Shown piece after piece: positions 1-8,915 of a stretch of 64,000 bases of DNA; position 1 is the first letter of the stretch; every line of letters begins with the position of its first letter. The stretch spans positions 10,827 to 74,826 of the forward strand of contig DASQZJ010000023.1 in NCBI GenBank assembly GCA_035638775.1, in the 5' to 3' direction. This stretch comes from Gammaproteobacteria bacterium (GTDB lineage Bacteria > Pseudomonadota > Gammaproteobacteria > UBA5335 > SLRW01). Under the pieces are notes generated by a model. That model was given only the letters and a program-made list of their open reading frames with translations, did no database searches and was not told the origin of the DNA. Both the position numbers and the translations under genes were made by a program.

Positions 1-767
1 TCGGTGGTGATCTCGCGGCGCCGGGGCACGAAGTCCACGGCGACTTCCTCCACCTCGTGCTCGCGGGTGTAGCGGTAGCTCTTGGTGGAGCCCTCGTGAT
101 CGTTGAAGGTCACGCAGGGGGAGATGACGTCCACCAGGGCGAGCCCCCGGTGACGGATGCCCGCCTCCAGGATCGGCACCAGCTGCGCCTTGTCCCCGGA
201 GAAGCCGCGCGCGACGAAGGTCGCGCCCAGCGACAGCGCCAGCAGCACCGGGTCGATGGCACGCTCGTGATTGACCTCGCCGCTCTTGGCCACCGAGCCC
301 GGGTCGGCCGAGGCGGAGAACTGGCCCTTGGTGAGGCCGTATACGCCGTTGTTCTCCAGCACGTAGAGCATGTTCACGTTGCGCCGGATCACGTGGCCGA
401 GCTGGCCCAGCCCGATCGACAGCGAGTCGCCGTCGCCGCTGATGCCGATGTAGACCAGGTCCCGGTTGGCGGCGTTGGCGCCGGTGGCGATGGACGGCAT
501 GCGCCCGTGCACCGCGTTGAAGCCGTGCGCCTGGCTGACGAAGTAGGTCGGGGTCTTGGCGGAGCAGCCGATGCCGCTCAGCTTGGCGACCCGGTGGGGC
601 GGGATCGACAGCTTCCAGAAGGTCTCGATCACGGCGGCAGTAACGGAGTCGTGGCCGCAGCCGGCGCACAGCGTCGACATGCTGCCCTCGTAGTCGCGCC
701 GCGTCAGGCCGATCTCGTTGGCCTGCAGCGAGGGATGCTGCACGCGGGGCTTGCGGATGTAGGTCAT
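1..767 (-). CDS. korB: 2-oxoglutarate/2-oxoacid:ferredoxin (acceptor) oxidoreductase beta subunit, TPP-binding. The 3' end is cut by the window edge.
   Basis: Not in the ORF track because it runs off the edge. My manual minus-strand translation from ATG 767-765 gives MTYIRKPRVQHPSLQANEIGLTRRDYEGSMSTLCAGCGHDSV...GISGDGDSLSIGLGQ...YVLENNGVYGLTKGQFSA. The GDG...NN thiamine-diphosphate motif and Cys-rich N-terminus are typical of KorB/OorB. ATGA overlap with the korA stop. Confidence 0.85.
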   Translation of the reverse strand, partial: MTYIRKPRVQHPSLQANEIGLTRRDYEGSMSTLCAGCGHDSVTAAVIETFWKLSIPPHRVAKLSGIGCSAKTPTYFVSQAHGFNAVHGRMPSIATGANAANRDLVYIGISGDGDSLSIGLGQLGHVIRRNVNMLYVLENNGVYGLTKGQFSASADPGSVAKSGEVNHERAIDPVLLALSLGATFVARGFSGDKAQLVPILEAGIRHRGLALVDVISPCVTFNDHEGSTKSYRYTREHEVEEVAVDFVPRRREITT

Positions 768-2695
768 CGGCGGTGTTCTCCTTCCTCCCGGGGGCCCGAG
801 GCGGCGTGGGCGCCGGAGAGCGCACCACCGGCCCGCCGTGGCCCCGATCCCGTGTCCGTGCCCGCCAGGTGCGCCAGCACGTCGTCGGCCACCTGCCCGG
901 CGCCGAGCGGCACGCCGCCGTAGTGGCGGATGGAGACCAGGCGGTCCTTCGGCACGCGCGTTTCGGCGACGAGCAGGTGCCGGAGCTGGGCGTCGCGGTT
1001 CTGCTCCACCACGAACACCGTATCGTGCTCCAGCAGGAACGCTTCCACCTCGTCGCTGAACGGGAACGCCCGCAGCCGCAGGTAATTCGCCTGTACCCCG
1101 TCCCGCGCCAGGCCGTGGCGGGCCTCGCGGCAGGCCGCGTCGCAGCCGCCGACCGAGACCAGGGCCAGGCGCGCGCCCGTGGTACGCTCGATGACCGGCC
1201 GCGGCAGATGGGCCGCCGCGCCGCGATGCTTGCGGTCCAGCCGGTCGACCACCTCGGTGTAGGGCCCGGCGTCCTCCGTGTAGCGGGCGTCGCTGTCGTG
1301 CCCCGAGCCCCGGGTGAAGAAGGCGCCGCGGGGATGCGTGCCGGGCAGCGTCCGCCAGGGGATGCCGTCGCCGTCCACGTCGGCGTAGCGCCGGAACGCC
1401 GCGCCGGCCTCCAGCTCTTCGGCACGCAGCACCTTGCCCCGGTCGGGACGGTAGCTCTCGTCCCATGCCGGCCGCGGAACCACCCAGTCGTTCATGCCGA
1501 TGTCGAGGTCGGAGACCACGAACACCGGCGTCTGGAAGCGGTCGGCCAGGTCGAACGCGGCGACCGCCAGCTCGAAGCACTCGGCGGGGTCGGCCGGGAA
1601 CAGGGCGAGGTGCCGGGTGTCGCCATGGGAGGCGTAGGCGACGGTCAGCAGGTCCCCCTGCTGGGTGCGGGTCGGCATGCCCGTGGAGGGACCGGTGCGC
1701 TGGATGTCGAACAGCACCAGCGGGATCTCGGTGTAGTACGCGAGCCCGATGAACTCCGACATCAGCGAGATCCCCGGGCCGCTGGTGGCGCTGAAAGCCC
1801 GGGCTCCCATCCAGCTCGCGCCGAGCGCCATGCCGGCGGCCGCGAGCTCGTCCTCCGCCTGGATCACCGCGGCGCGGAGGCTGCCGGTGTCGGGGTCCCG
1901 GCGATAGCGCCGGGCATAGCGCTCGAACGCCTGCACCAGGGACGTCGACGGGGTGATGGGATACCAGGAGGCCACCGTGGCTCCGGCATAGAGGCAGCCC
2001 AGGGCCGCGGCCGTGTTGCCGTCGATCAGGATCGCGTCCCGATTGGCGTCCATCGCGCGCAGCCGCGTCGGGAGCGGGCAGTCGAAGTGCTCGCGGGCGT
2101 AGTCCCAGCCGAGGTCGAAGGCCTTGTAGTTGGCCTCGAGCAGCTCCTTCTTCTTCGCCCCCAGGCCTTCCTCGAGCACGGTCCGCACGACCTCACGGTC
2201 GATGTCCAGCAGCGCGGCGACGGCTCCCACGTAGCCCATGTTCTTCATCAGGATCAGGGTGCGCGATCCCCGGAAGTACTCGGCCCCCATGCGCGCCAGC
2301 GGAATCCCCAGGAACGTGACGTCCTCGCGGCGCAGCTCGGAGGCGAGCGGCCGCGAGTCGTCGTAGAGCACCCGGCCCCCGGCCCGGATCCCGGCGATGT
2401 CCCGGCCGTAGGTCGCGGGATTCATCGCGACCACGAGGTCGTAATCCGGGCTGCGTGCGGTCCAGCCGTCGCCGTTGGCGCGGATCTCGTACCAGGTCGG
2501 AAGGCCCTGGATGTTCGAGGGGAAGACGTTCTTCCCGGTGACCGGGATGCCCATGCGGAATATGGACTGCATGAGCAGGCGGTTGGCACTGGCAGAGCCC
2601 GTGCCGTTGGCCGTGGCGATCCGGATCGCGACGTCGTTGATGCGGGCCCCGGGCGCACCGGCAGTCGGCGACGCGGTCCCCTGTTCGGTAGGCAT
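764..2695 (-). CDS. korA: 2-oxoglutarate/2-oxoacid:ferredoxin (acceptor) oxidoreductase alpha subunit
   Basis: ORF 764..4084(-) trimmed to the internal ATG at 2695 (MPTEQGT...), with GGAGA upstream and 2 nt after the stop of the preceding gene. Sequence ...ILIDGNTAAALGCLYAGATVASWYPITPSTSL...GPSTGMPTRTQQGDL... matches the KorA/PorA pyrimidine-binding and domain III pattern. Confidence 0.85.
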   Translation of the reverse strand: MPTEQGTASPTAGAPGARINDVAIRIATANGTGSASANRLLMQSIFRMGIPVTGKNVFPSNIQGLPTWYEIRANGDGWTARSPDYDLVVAMNPATYGRDIAGIRAGGRVLYDDSRPLASELRREDVTFLGIPLARMGAEYFRGSRTLILMKNMGYVGAVAALLDIDREVVRTVLEEGLGAKKKELLEANYKAFDLGWDYAREHFDCPLPTRLRAMDANRDAILIDGNTAAALGCLYAGATVASWYPITPSTSLVQAFERYARRYRRDPDTGSLRAAVIQAEDELAAAGMALGASWMGARAFSATSGPGISLMSEFIGLAYYTEIPLVLFDIQRTGPSTGMPTRTQQGDLLTVAYASHGDTRHLALFPADPAECFELAVAAFDLADRFQTPVFVVSDLDIGMNDWVVPRPAWDESYRPDRGKVLRAEELEAGAAFRRYADVDGDGIPWRTLPGTHPRGAFFTRGSGHDSDARYTEDAGPYTEVVDRLDRKHRGAAAHLPRPVIERTTGARLALVSVGGCDAACREARHGLARDGVQANYLRLRAFPFSDEVEAFLLEHDTVFVVEQNRDAQLRHLLVAETRVPKDRLVSIRHYGGVPLGAGQVADDVLAHLAGTDTGSGPRRAGGALSGAHAASGPREEGEHRR

Positions 2696-2697
2696 GT

Positions 2698-4524
2698 TCA
2701 CGTGGTCTCCACTCGCATCCAGCGGACGGGGTGTTCCTCCCCGGCGGCGAGCCCGGCGTAGGAGAGCTGCAGCTCCGACCGGCGCATGTCCCAGGCGGCG
2801 GTCGGACAGCGCTCGGCGCACAGGCCACAGTGGATGCACAGGTCCTCGTCCTTGATCATGCGGCGCCCCGTCTGCGGCAGGGTCTCGGATACGTAGAGCG
2901 GCTCGTCCGGGTTCAATGGCGGCGCCGCCAGCCGCGCCCTGACCTGGTCCTCCGGGCCGTCTGCCGTGATGGTCAGGCACGAGAGCGGGCACACGTCCAC
3001 GCAGGCGTCGCACTCGATGCACAGCTTCGGCGTGAAGTCCGTCTGGACATCGCAGTTCAGGCAGCGCTCGGCCTCGCGCAGGGTCTGCTCGAGATCGAAT
3101 CCCAGCTCCGCCTCGACGTCCAGCCGGGCCCGGCTGCGATCGAAGTCCGCGTGGCGCATGCGTGCGCGGGCGGCCTCGTCGTAGTCGTTGGAGTAGGCCC
3201 ACTCGTGCAGGCCCATCTTCTCGCTCAGCAGGTTCATGCCCTGGGCCGGGCGCTGTTCGAGCGGCTGACCCTGGCAATGCGCGTGGATCGAGATGGCGGC
3301 CTGGTGGCCATGCTCGACCGCCCAGATGATGTTCTCGGGACCCCAGGCGGCGTCGCCGCCCGCGAACACGCCGGGGCGGGTGGTCTGGAAGGTGGTCCCG
3401 TCGACCACCGGCATGTCGCGGCGGTCGAACTCGATCCCCAGGTCGCGCTCGATCCAGGGGAACGCGGTGTCCTGGCCGATCGCCAGGATCACCTCGTCGC
3501 AGGGAATCGTGACGAGGTCGTGGACCGTCCTGTGCAGGCGGCCGTCGGAGCCCTCGCTCCAGCTCACGCGCTCGAACTCCATTCCCACGAGGCGCCCGTT
3601 CTCCACCAGGTAACGGGCCGGGGAGTGGTTCTCGACGATCTGCACGCCCTCGGCCTCGGCATCCTCCAGCTCCCACGGGGAGGCCTTGAACTGGCTGCGG
3701 TCCTTGCGCGCCATGATGCGGACCTCGGAGGCGCCCAGCCGCATCGCCGTGCGGCAGCAGTCCATCGCGGTGTTGCCGACGCCGATCACCAGCACCCGCT
3801 CGCCAACCGCGGCGACGTGACCGAAGCGCACCGATTCCAGCCACTCGATGCCGACATGGATGCGGTCGGTCTCGTGGCGCCCCTCCAGCTCCAGCTCCTT
3901 GCCCCGCGGGGCGCCCGAGCCGATGAACACGGCGTCGTAGGGCCCGTCCATCCCGCCGGCCAGCAGGGAGCGGAGGCTGTCCACGGGGGTCCCGGTCCTG
4001 AGGTCGACGCCCATGTCGGTGATCTGGCGGACCTCGTCCCAGAGCACCTCCGCCGGCAGCCGGAATTCCGGGATGTTGGTCCACATCAGCCCGCCCGGCC
4101 GGTCGAGCTTCTCGAACATGGTGACCTCGTAGCCCAGCGGCAGCAGGTCATTGGCCACGGTGAGCGATGCGGGTCCGGCCCCGATGCAGGCGATACGCCG
4201 CCCATTGCGGGACTCCGGGACGGCCGGGAGCAGGTCGTCGATCTCGCCCCGGTGGTCGGCGGCCACCCGCTTGAGGCGGCAGATCGCCACCGGCTCGCCG
4301 TCGATCCGGGTGCGGCGGCAGGCGGGCTCGCAGGGCCGGTCACAGGTGCGCCCGAGGATGCCCGGAAACACGTTCGATTTCCGGTTCAGCATGTAGGCGT
4401 CGGTGTAGCGGCCGGCCGCGATCAGCCGGATGTACTGGGGCACGTTGGTGTGAGCCGGGCAGGCCCACTGGCAATCCACCACGCGATGGAAATGCTGCGG
4501 ATCCGAGACGTCGGTCGGCTTCAT
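2698..4524 (-). CDS. GltD-like NAD(P)H-dependent FAD oxidoreductase fused to a C-terminal 2x[4Fe-4S] ferredoxin domain. Putative third (KorC-like) subunit of the oxoglutarate oxidoreductase.
   Basis: 608-aa ORF. N-terminal Cys cluster (CPAHTNVPQY..CDRPCEPAC), two Rossmann motifs (IACIGAGPASL, VLVIGVGNTAMD), a C-terminal CIECDACVDVCP ... CIHCGLCAERCP. AGGAG RBS. First gene of the tight korA-korB operon. Confidence 0.8.
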   Translation of the reverse strand: MKPTDVSDPQHFHRVVDCQWACPAHTNVPQYIRLIAAGRYTDAYMLNRKSNVFPGILGRTCDRPCEPACRRTRIDGEPVAICRLKRVAADHRGEIDDLLPAVPESRNGRRIACIGAGPASLTVANDLLPLGYEVTMFEKLDRPGGLMWTNIPEFRLPAEVLWDEVRQITDMGVDLRTGTPVDSLRSLLAGGMDGPYDAVFIGSGAPRGKELELEGRHETDRIHVGIEWLESVRFGHVAAVGERVLVIGVGNTAMDCCRTAMRLGASEVRIMARKDRSQFKASPWELEDAEAEGVQIVENHSPARYLVENGRLVGMEFERVSWSEGSDGRLHRTVHDLVTIPCDEVILAIGQDTAFPWIERDLGIEFDRRDMPVVDGTTFQTTRPGVFAGGDAAWGPENIIWAVEHGHQAAISIHAHCQGQPLEQRPAQGMNLLSEKMGLHEWAYSNDYDEAARARMRHADFDRSRARLDVEAELGFDLEQTLREAERCLNCDVQTDFTPKLCIECDACVDVCPLSCLTITADGPEDQVRARLAAPPLNPDEPLYVSETLPQTGRRMIKDEDLCIHCGLCAERCPTAAWDMRRSELQLSYAGLAAGEEHPVRWMRVETT

Positions 4525-4961
4525 GGTGCTCCTGCTGTGCCAGGAAACGTGTCGCGGCCATCGCGCCGGCGACGGCCTGCGGGCGGCGTCACGCTGCCGC
4601 CTCGCGGCGAAACGCGCCCGGGCCCGTACGGGCCTGGAGGCCGCGACCGGAGCCGGGGCAGGGCAGGAAGCCAGTCATGATCGAGGCAGTGCGTTCACTC
4701 GGAAGGCTGGTCATGGTGCCCGGAACCGGGTGCCCGGAAAGGGCCGGGTCCGCGGCCGGTCAAATTTCGCGCTTACTTTTGTAGCCTAACTAATACTGTC
4801 CCGCAACCGCCATCCGGGGGGTGGCGGGCGGCCCGGCGCCCCGCGCCCGTCGCGCGACGGGTTCCGGTGGCTGCCGTTCCGGCCGGTTCCGCGTGTCGCT
4901 TGGCAGTGGCGCCGTGTCGCCGTACATTGCCGGTACACCCGCGGCCGAGAGGGAAACGGAA

Positions 4962-6017
4962 ATGCCCGACAGCATCCAGTTCATCCGCCACGTGCAGAAA
5001 TCCTCCCTCCACAACCCGCTCCTGGAGGGCAGGCTCGACACGCAGGAGATCGAGATCCGGCGCGACCCGCTCACCGGCGCGCAGAGCGTGTTCAATGCCC
5101 GCCTCGAGGACAAGGTCGCGATGTTCTTCGGCGAGAGCGACCAGGCCCTGATCGAGAAGCTGGCGAAGGAGAGCGAGGCGCGCTGCTTCCTGTGCGGCGA
5201 CCGGTGGACGGAGATGACCCCCACCTACCCGGAAGGGGAGCTGCCCGAAGGCCGCATCCAGGTCGGCGAGGCGGTGCTGTTCCCCAACCTGTTCCCGGCC
5301 GCCCAGGTGCACGCGGTGATCCGCGTCGGCGACCGCCACTACGTGCCGCTGGCGGAGTTCGAGGCCGCACCCGTGGTCGAGGCCCTGCAGGCCTCGCTGC
5401 AGTTCGCCCGCGCGATCGGCGAGCGCGACCGCAGCGTGGAGTACCTGACGGTCAACGCCAACTACCTCGGCCCCGCCGGGGCGAGCATCGCCCACCCGCA
5501 TTTCCAGGTGATGGGCGGCGACCTGCCGTTCAGCTACATGGAGACCGCGTTCTCCGCCGCGCGCCGTCACTTCGAGGCGAACGGCAGCTGCTACTGGACC
5601 GACCTGGTCGAACTGGAGAAGCGTACCGGTGAACGCTACATCGGGGCCACCGGCCCGGTGGAATGGATCGCCTCGTTCTCCCCGCGCGGCACCAACGAGA
5701 TCATCGGCGTGCTGCCGCAGCGGACAAGCTTCCTGGAGATGGACGACGCCGACGCCGCCGGGCTCGGCCAGGGACTGGTGGACGTGCTGCACGCCTATGC
5801 CGACATGGGCGTGTCGACGTTCAACTTCGCCGTCTACTCGGGGCCCCTGCACGAGCGGGACGACGCCATCCGGTGCTTCGTGCGGGTGATCTCGCGCCAG
5901 AACCTGTACGAGAACTACCGCACGGACGACTTCTTCCTGCAGAAGCTGCTGCGCAACGAGCTGATCCTGACCACCCCGGAGGCACTCGCGGAGCGGGTGC
6001 GGGCCCGCATGCAGTAG
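4962..6017 (+). CDS. Galactose-1-phosphate uridylyltransferase (GalT)/HIT-superfamily nucleotidyltransferase-like protein
   Basis: ORF 4821..6017 trimmed to ATG 4962 (MPDSIQF). CxxC (CFLCGDRW) plus HPHFQV His-x-His-x-Gln active-site motif as in GalT-family enzymes. Divergent from the kor operon. Confidence 0.7.
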   Translation: MPDSIQFIRHVQKSSLHNPLLEGRLDTQEIEIRRDPLTGAQSVFNARLEDKVAMFFGESDQALIEKLAKESEARCFLCGDRWTEMTPTYPEGELPEGRIQVGEAVLFPNLFPAAQVHAVIRVGDRHYVPLAEFEAAPVVEALQASLQFARAIGERDRSVEYLTVNANYLGPAGASIAHPHFQVMGGDLPFSYMETAFSAARRHFEANGSCYWTDLVELEKRTGERYIGATGPVEWIASFSPRGTNEIIGVLPQRTSFLEMDDADAAGLGQGLVDVLHAYADMGVSTFNFAVYSGPLHERDDAIRCFVRVISRQNLYENYRTDDFFLQKLLRNELILTTPEALAERVRARMQ

Positions 6018-6405
6018 CGCCATCCGCCCGCGACGAACGCGGGCAGCGCGTGTGTTTCCGCCAGCGATTCCGGGCGCTCGCTCGACGCAGCTCCACTGCG
6101 CCTTCACTCCCGCGCCTGGCCGGCGAAGCGCACGACGGCTCTGAGGCATGGCAATAGCTTCCGGAAGATTGGTAATCAGTCTCCTTCACGACGCCCGGCG
6201 GTGATCCAGGTCACCGGCGGCCGTTTCCGGCTGCCCGAGAATCACCCGTCGAGGGGGCACCCGTGCATCCGCACCGCGGCCGCGGGCCGGGCGGTCCCGA
6301 TTCGCATCCGTCCGCGCCGCGCGGACCGTGGCCCGATCACGACATGCCGGAAGAACGCCCGCTCCGGGTCCCATGGGCCCGGAGCGTTTTGCGAGGAAAG
6401 CGATC

Positions 6406-6579
6406 ATGGAAGAGACCGTCGCCAACCCCCCCGGGCGCGCCGACCTGCTGCGGTACGCACGGGACGCGAGCATCGGCGAGCTGGAGCAGTCCGGGGTCGT
6501 CGAGCGCAGCGCGAACGGCAAGCGCCTGCGCGTGGTCGATCCCGAAGCCCTCGCGCGACTGGCCGCGTCACCGGCCTGA
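6406..6579 (+). CDS. Hypothetical small protein (57 aa)
   Basis: ATG at 6406 preceded by GAGGAAAG. High third-position GC. No recognisable family, only a weak resemblance to a winged-helix C-terminus. Confidence 0.3.
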   Translation: MEETVANPPGRADLLRYARDASIGELEQSGVVERSANGKRLRVVDPEALARLAASPA

Positions 6580-6917
6580 GCCGGGCGCCAGCCCGGACCG
6601 GCCGTGGTACCCCGGCAGGGAGGCGACGGCAGCACGGAAATCTACTTCCTCGATCGCCCGTTGCAGCGGCAGGAGGTCTCCGAGCTCAGGGAGATCCTGC
6701 GGCAGCGCCACCGCTCCGGCGACGGCCGGCCCGCCCTGAAGCAGCGCCGGCGGCCGGCGTCCGAAGGCCGCGGCCCCCGCCAGGCAGGGCACGCGGCAGC
6801 CGGGAAGTGCCAGGGGGCCCCCGGCTGCGCCGGTACCGGATGTTGACGCCGATCATTGCCGGGGCGTTCGCACGGCGCATGATGGGCACCGGAGATCGGT
6901 CGACCGGGAGCGCGGTC

Positions 6918-7394
6918 ATGCGAAGGAAAGTCTCGTACCTGTTGGTCGGGGGCGTGGTGGCGTTGCTGGCATTGGCCTCGCTGGCGGTCGTGAGCAGCCC
7001 CGAGCCACGGCCGGCCCCGGAATACGGCGGAATGATGGGGCATCACATGATGTCGGGCATGATGATGGGCCCGGGCATGATGCAGGGCGGGGGGACCGCC
7101 GGCGGCAGCCCGGAGGAAGCCCGCGGCGCCGCCGGGCGGCTGACCGGCTACGTGCAGCAGCAGGGCCTGGCGTGCATGGGTTGCCACGCGGTGAGCGGGC
7201 GGCTGGCCGCTCCATCCTTCAGTGAAATCGCCGGGCGTTACGCCGGCCAGTCGCAGGCGCGCGCCACGCTGGCGCAGGCCATCGAGCACGGCGTGGCCGG
7301 CAGGTGGCCCGGCTATGGGCCGATGCCGCCCGGGCTCGCCTCGTCGAAGCAGGCCGGCGAGCTCTCCGGCATGATCCTGGACCTTGGGCAGTAG
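6918..7394 (+). CDS. Membrane-anchored or secreted class I c-type cytochrome with a Met/His-rich linker
   Basis: ORF 6201..7394 trimmed to ATG 6918 (MRRKVSYLLVGGVVALLALASLAVV signal/anchor). Single CMGCH heme-binding motif, distal GPMPP Met-ligand region, linker MMGHHMMSGMMMGPGMMQGG. Confidence 0.75.
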   Translation: MRRKVSYLLVGGVVALLALASLAVVSSPEPRPAPEYGGMMGHHMMSGMMMGPGMMQGGGTAGGSPEEARGAAGRLTGYVQQQGLACMGCHAVSGRLAAPSFSEIAGRYAGQSQARATLAQAIEHGVAGRWPGYGPMPPGLASSKQAGELSGMILDLGQ

Positions 7395-7478
7395 CGGCTC
7401 CGTTCTCCGGGGCCGCACGCCCGGTTCGCGTGGTCACCTCCGGTCGACGCCTTCCGCGATCGCGGCCCTTCGGGAAAA

Positions 7479-7506
7479 GGACGGCCGGCCCGATGGCCGG
7501 CCGTCC
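7479..7506 (-). terminator. Rho-independent terminator-like hairpin between convergent genes
   Basis: Perfect 12-bp stem GGACGGCCGGCC-cgat-GGCCGGCCGTCC. On the minus strand it is followed by TTTTC. It lies 30 nt downstream of the stop of CDS 7536..7844. Confidence 0.5.
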
Positions 7507-7535
7507 CCGGCAACCGCCTGGGCGGGTGCGCCCGG

Positions 7536-7844
7536 TCAGTAGCCGGAATCGTCCCCCGAGGAATCATCCCCCGGGGCGTCGTCCATGGTGCCGCCGTTGT
7601 CGTCCTGCATCGGCTGGTCTTCCCCGGACTGATCCTGCTGCATCTGCTGCGTGCCGTTGTCGTCCGGCTGCATCGGCTGGTCGGCAGTGCCGTTGTCCTG
7701 CTGCATGCCGCCATCGTCGCCCTGGTCGTTCTGGGCGAGGGCGCCGCTGCCCCGGGTCTGCGCCGCGGCCGGCTGCTGCCAGCCGAACAGCAGGCCGGTC
7801 GAGACCAGCGCGACGGCGGCCAGGGTGGTGAATTTCATCGACAT
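7536..7844 (-). CDS. Secreted low-complexity Asp/Gln/Met/Asn/Gly-rich repeat protein (102 aa)
   Basis: ORF 7536..8018 trimmed to ATG 7844 (MSMKFTTLAAVALVSTGLLFGWQQPAAA signal peptide) with a perfect AAGGAGGA RBS. The mature part has a reiterated DNG(T)..DQPMQ motif, and the DNA shows imperfect tandem repeats (GCCGTTGTCGTCC..TGCATCGGCTGGTC). Confidence 0.65.
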   Translation of the reverse strand: MSMKFTTLAAVALVSTGLLFGWQQPAAAQTRGSGALAQNDQGDDGGMQQDNGTADQPMQPDDNGTQQMQQDQSGEDQPMQDDNGGTMDDAPGDDSSGDDSGY

Positions 7845-8068
7845 CGGATCATCCTCCTTGATGGTGATACGCGACAATCGCGGCGGGTACCCGTTTCGCG
7901 GGCCATGCCGGCGGGATGCCGCGGTGTCTGCTCCTTCCGGGTTCCGGTACCAGCCGGTCAGGCCGGGGGATATATATAGACCAGGGCGGGACCATGTGCA
8001 CACCCGCCGGCACGGCAAGTGCCTCCCCTCCGGCGGGGCGGCTGGCGTCCGCCCGCTCCGCCGGGCGG

Positions 8069-8869
8069 TCAGTCGTCTTCGGCGAGAAAGGAGAGCAGCA
8101 GCGCGAGCGTCTCCTGCGGTCTCTCGATCCAGAACAGGTGCCCGGCCGGGTCGAGGGTTTCCAGGCGGGCGCTGGGCAGCGCCCGCGCCAGCTGCCGCGA
8201 GTTCTCCGGGCTGACCACCCGGTCCTGCAGGCCCGTGATCACGAGCGTCGACGCCGCGATGTCCGCGAGGCGGCGGGAGGTGTCATGGGCCTCCAGGGCC
8301 CGGCGTCGGCGCGCCAGGGCCCGGACATCCAGGGGACGCTCGCGCCGGGCGGCGATCAGCCGTTGCAGAACTTCCGGATGGGCCGGCACGAAGCCCGGCG
8401 AAAACCCGGCTTCCGCGAAGCGCCGCGCCCGCTCCTCTGCGGTGAGCTCCGACGCTTCGTAGGCGCTCTCGCGGCTTTCGCTCTCCACCGTCACCGCGCG
8501 AGGGCCGCCGGCGGTGGTGCACCCGAGCACCAGCCGCCGCAGCCGTTGCGGGTGGCGAAGGGCGAACTCCTGCGCGACCATGCCGCCCATCGAGACGCCG
8601 AACACGTGGGCGCGGTCGATCTCGAGCGCGTCCATCAGGCGTGCCGTGTCGTCCGCATACCGCGCGGTGCTGTAGCGTTGTGCCGGTTTGTCGGTCCAGC
8701 CGCTGCCACGCTGATCGAATGCGAGCACCCGGTGACGCTCCGCGAGGCCCGGAACCAGACCGGCGAAGTTGCTGAGGTCCCCCTGCAAGCCGTGCAGCAG
8801 CACCACGGGCGTGCCTTGCCCCGTGATCGCGAAGCAGGTCCGGACCCGGTCGATCGTCTCCCAGGGCAT
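8069..8869 (-). CDS. Alpha/beta-fold hydrolase
   Basis: 266-aa ORF. HG oxyanion motif (VVLLHGL), nucleophile elbow GVSMGG, C-terminal GH. GAGGAG RBS. Confidence 0.85.
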   Translation of the reverse strand: MPWETIDRVRTCFAITGQGTPVVLLHGLQGDLSNFAGLVPGLAERHRVLAFDQRGSGWTDKPAQRYSTARYADDTARLMDALEIDRAHVFGVSMGGMVAQEFALRHPQRLRRLVLGCTTAGGPRAVTVESESRESAYEASELTAEERARRFAEAGFSPGFVPAHPEVLQRLIAARRERPLDVRALARRRRALEAHDTSRRLADIAASTLVITGLQDRVVSPENSRQLARALPSARLETLDPAGHLFWIERPQETLALLLSFLAEDD

Positions 8870-8915
8870 ACGCGGGTCTCCTCGTTGTCCGTATCGGCTG
8901 GCACCGGCGGGTCGG

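Noticed and set aside
2696-4084. N-terminal extensions of real genes as given in the ORF track. Examples: korA as 764..4084, cytochrome c from 6201, ligM from 13096, pldA from 19444, the nitrilase from 39953, the RND pump from 53452.
   Set aside because: The extended parts run through the upstream gene in another frame and have non-protein-like composition. Internal starts with Shine-Dalgarno sequences immediately after the upstream stop give full-length family-typical proteins.
4538-4543. TGGCAC hexamer (minus strand) just upstream of the GltD-like gene start, possibly a sigma-54 -24 box.
   Set aside because: The sequence at the -12 position is GAGC rather than TTGC, and the hexamer overlaps the RBS (AGGAG) only 14 nt from the ATG. 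This leaves no room for a transcript leader.
6328-6579. Idea that the small ORF at 6406..6579 is the C-terminal wHTH remnant of a truncated Crp/Fnr-family regulator (a pseudogene).
   Set aside because: The resemblance (..GVVERSANGKRLRVVDPEALARLA) is limited to about 25 residues. The putative recognition helix is about 8 residues too short, and no cNMP-domain remnant is detectable upstream in any frame.
6604-6846. 80-codon GTG-initiated ORF between the small hypothetical gene and the cytochrome c gene.
   Set aside because: There is no RBS at a suitable distance. The C-terminal half is Arg/Gly/Pro/Ala low complexity, and no motif is present. Evidence is insufficient to call it a gene.
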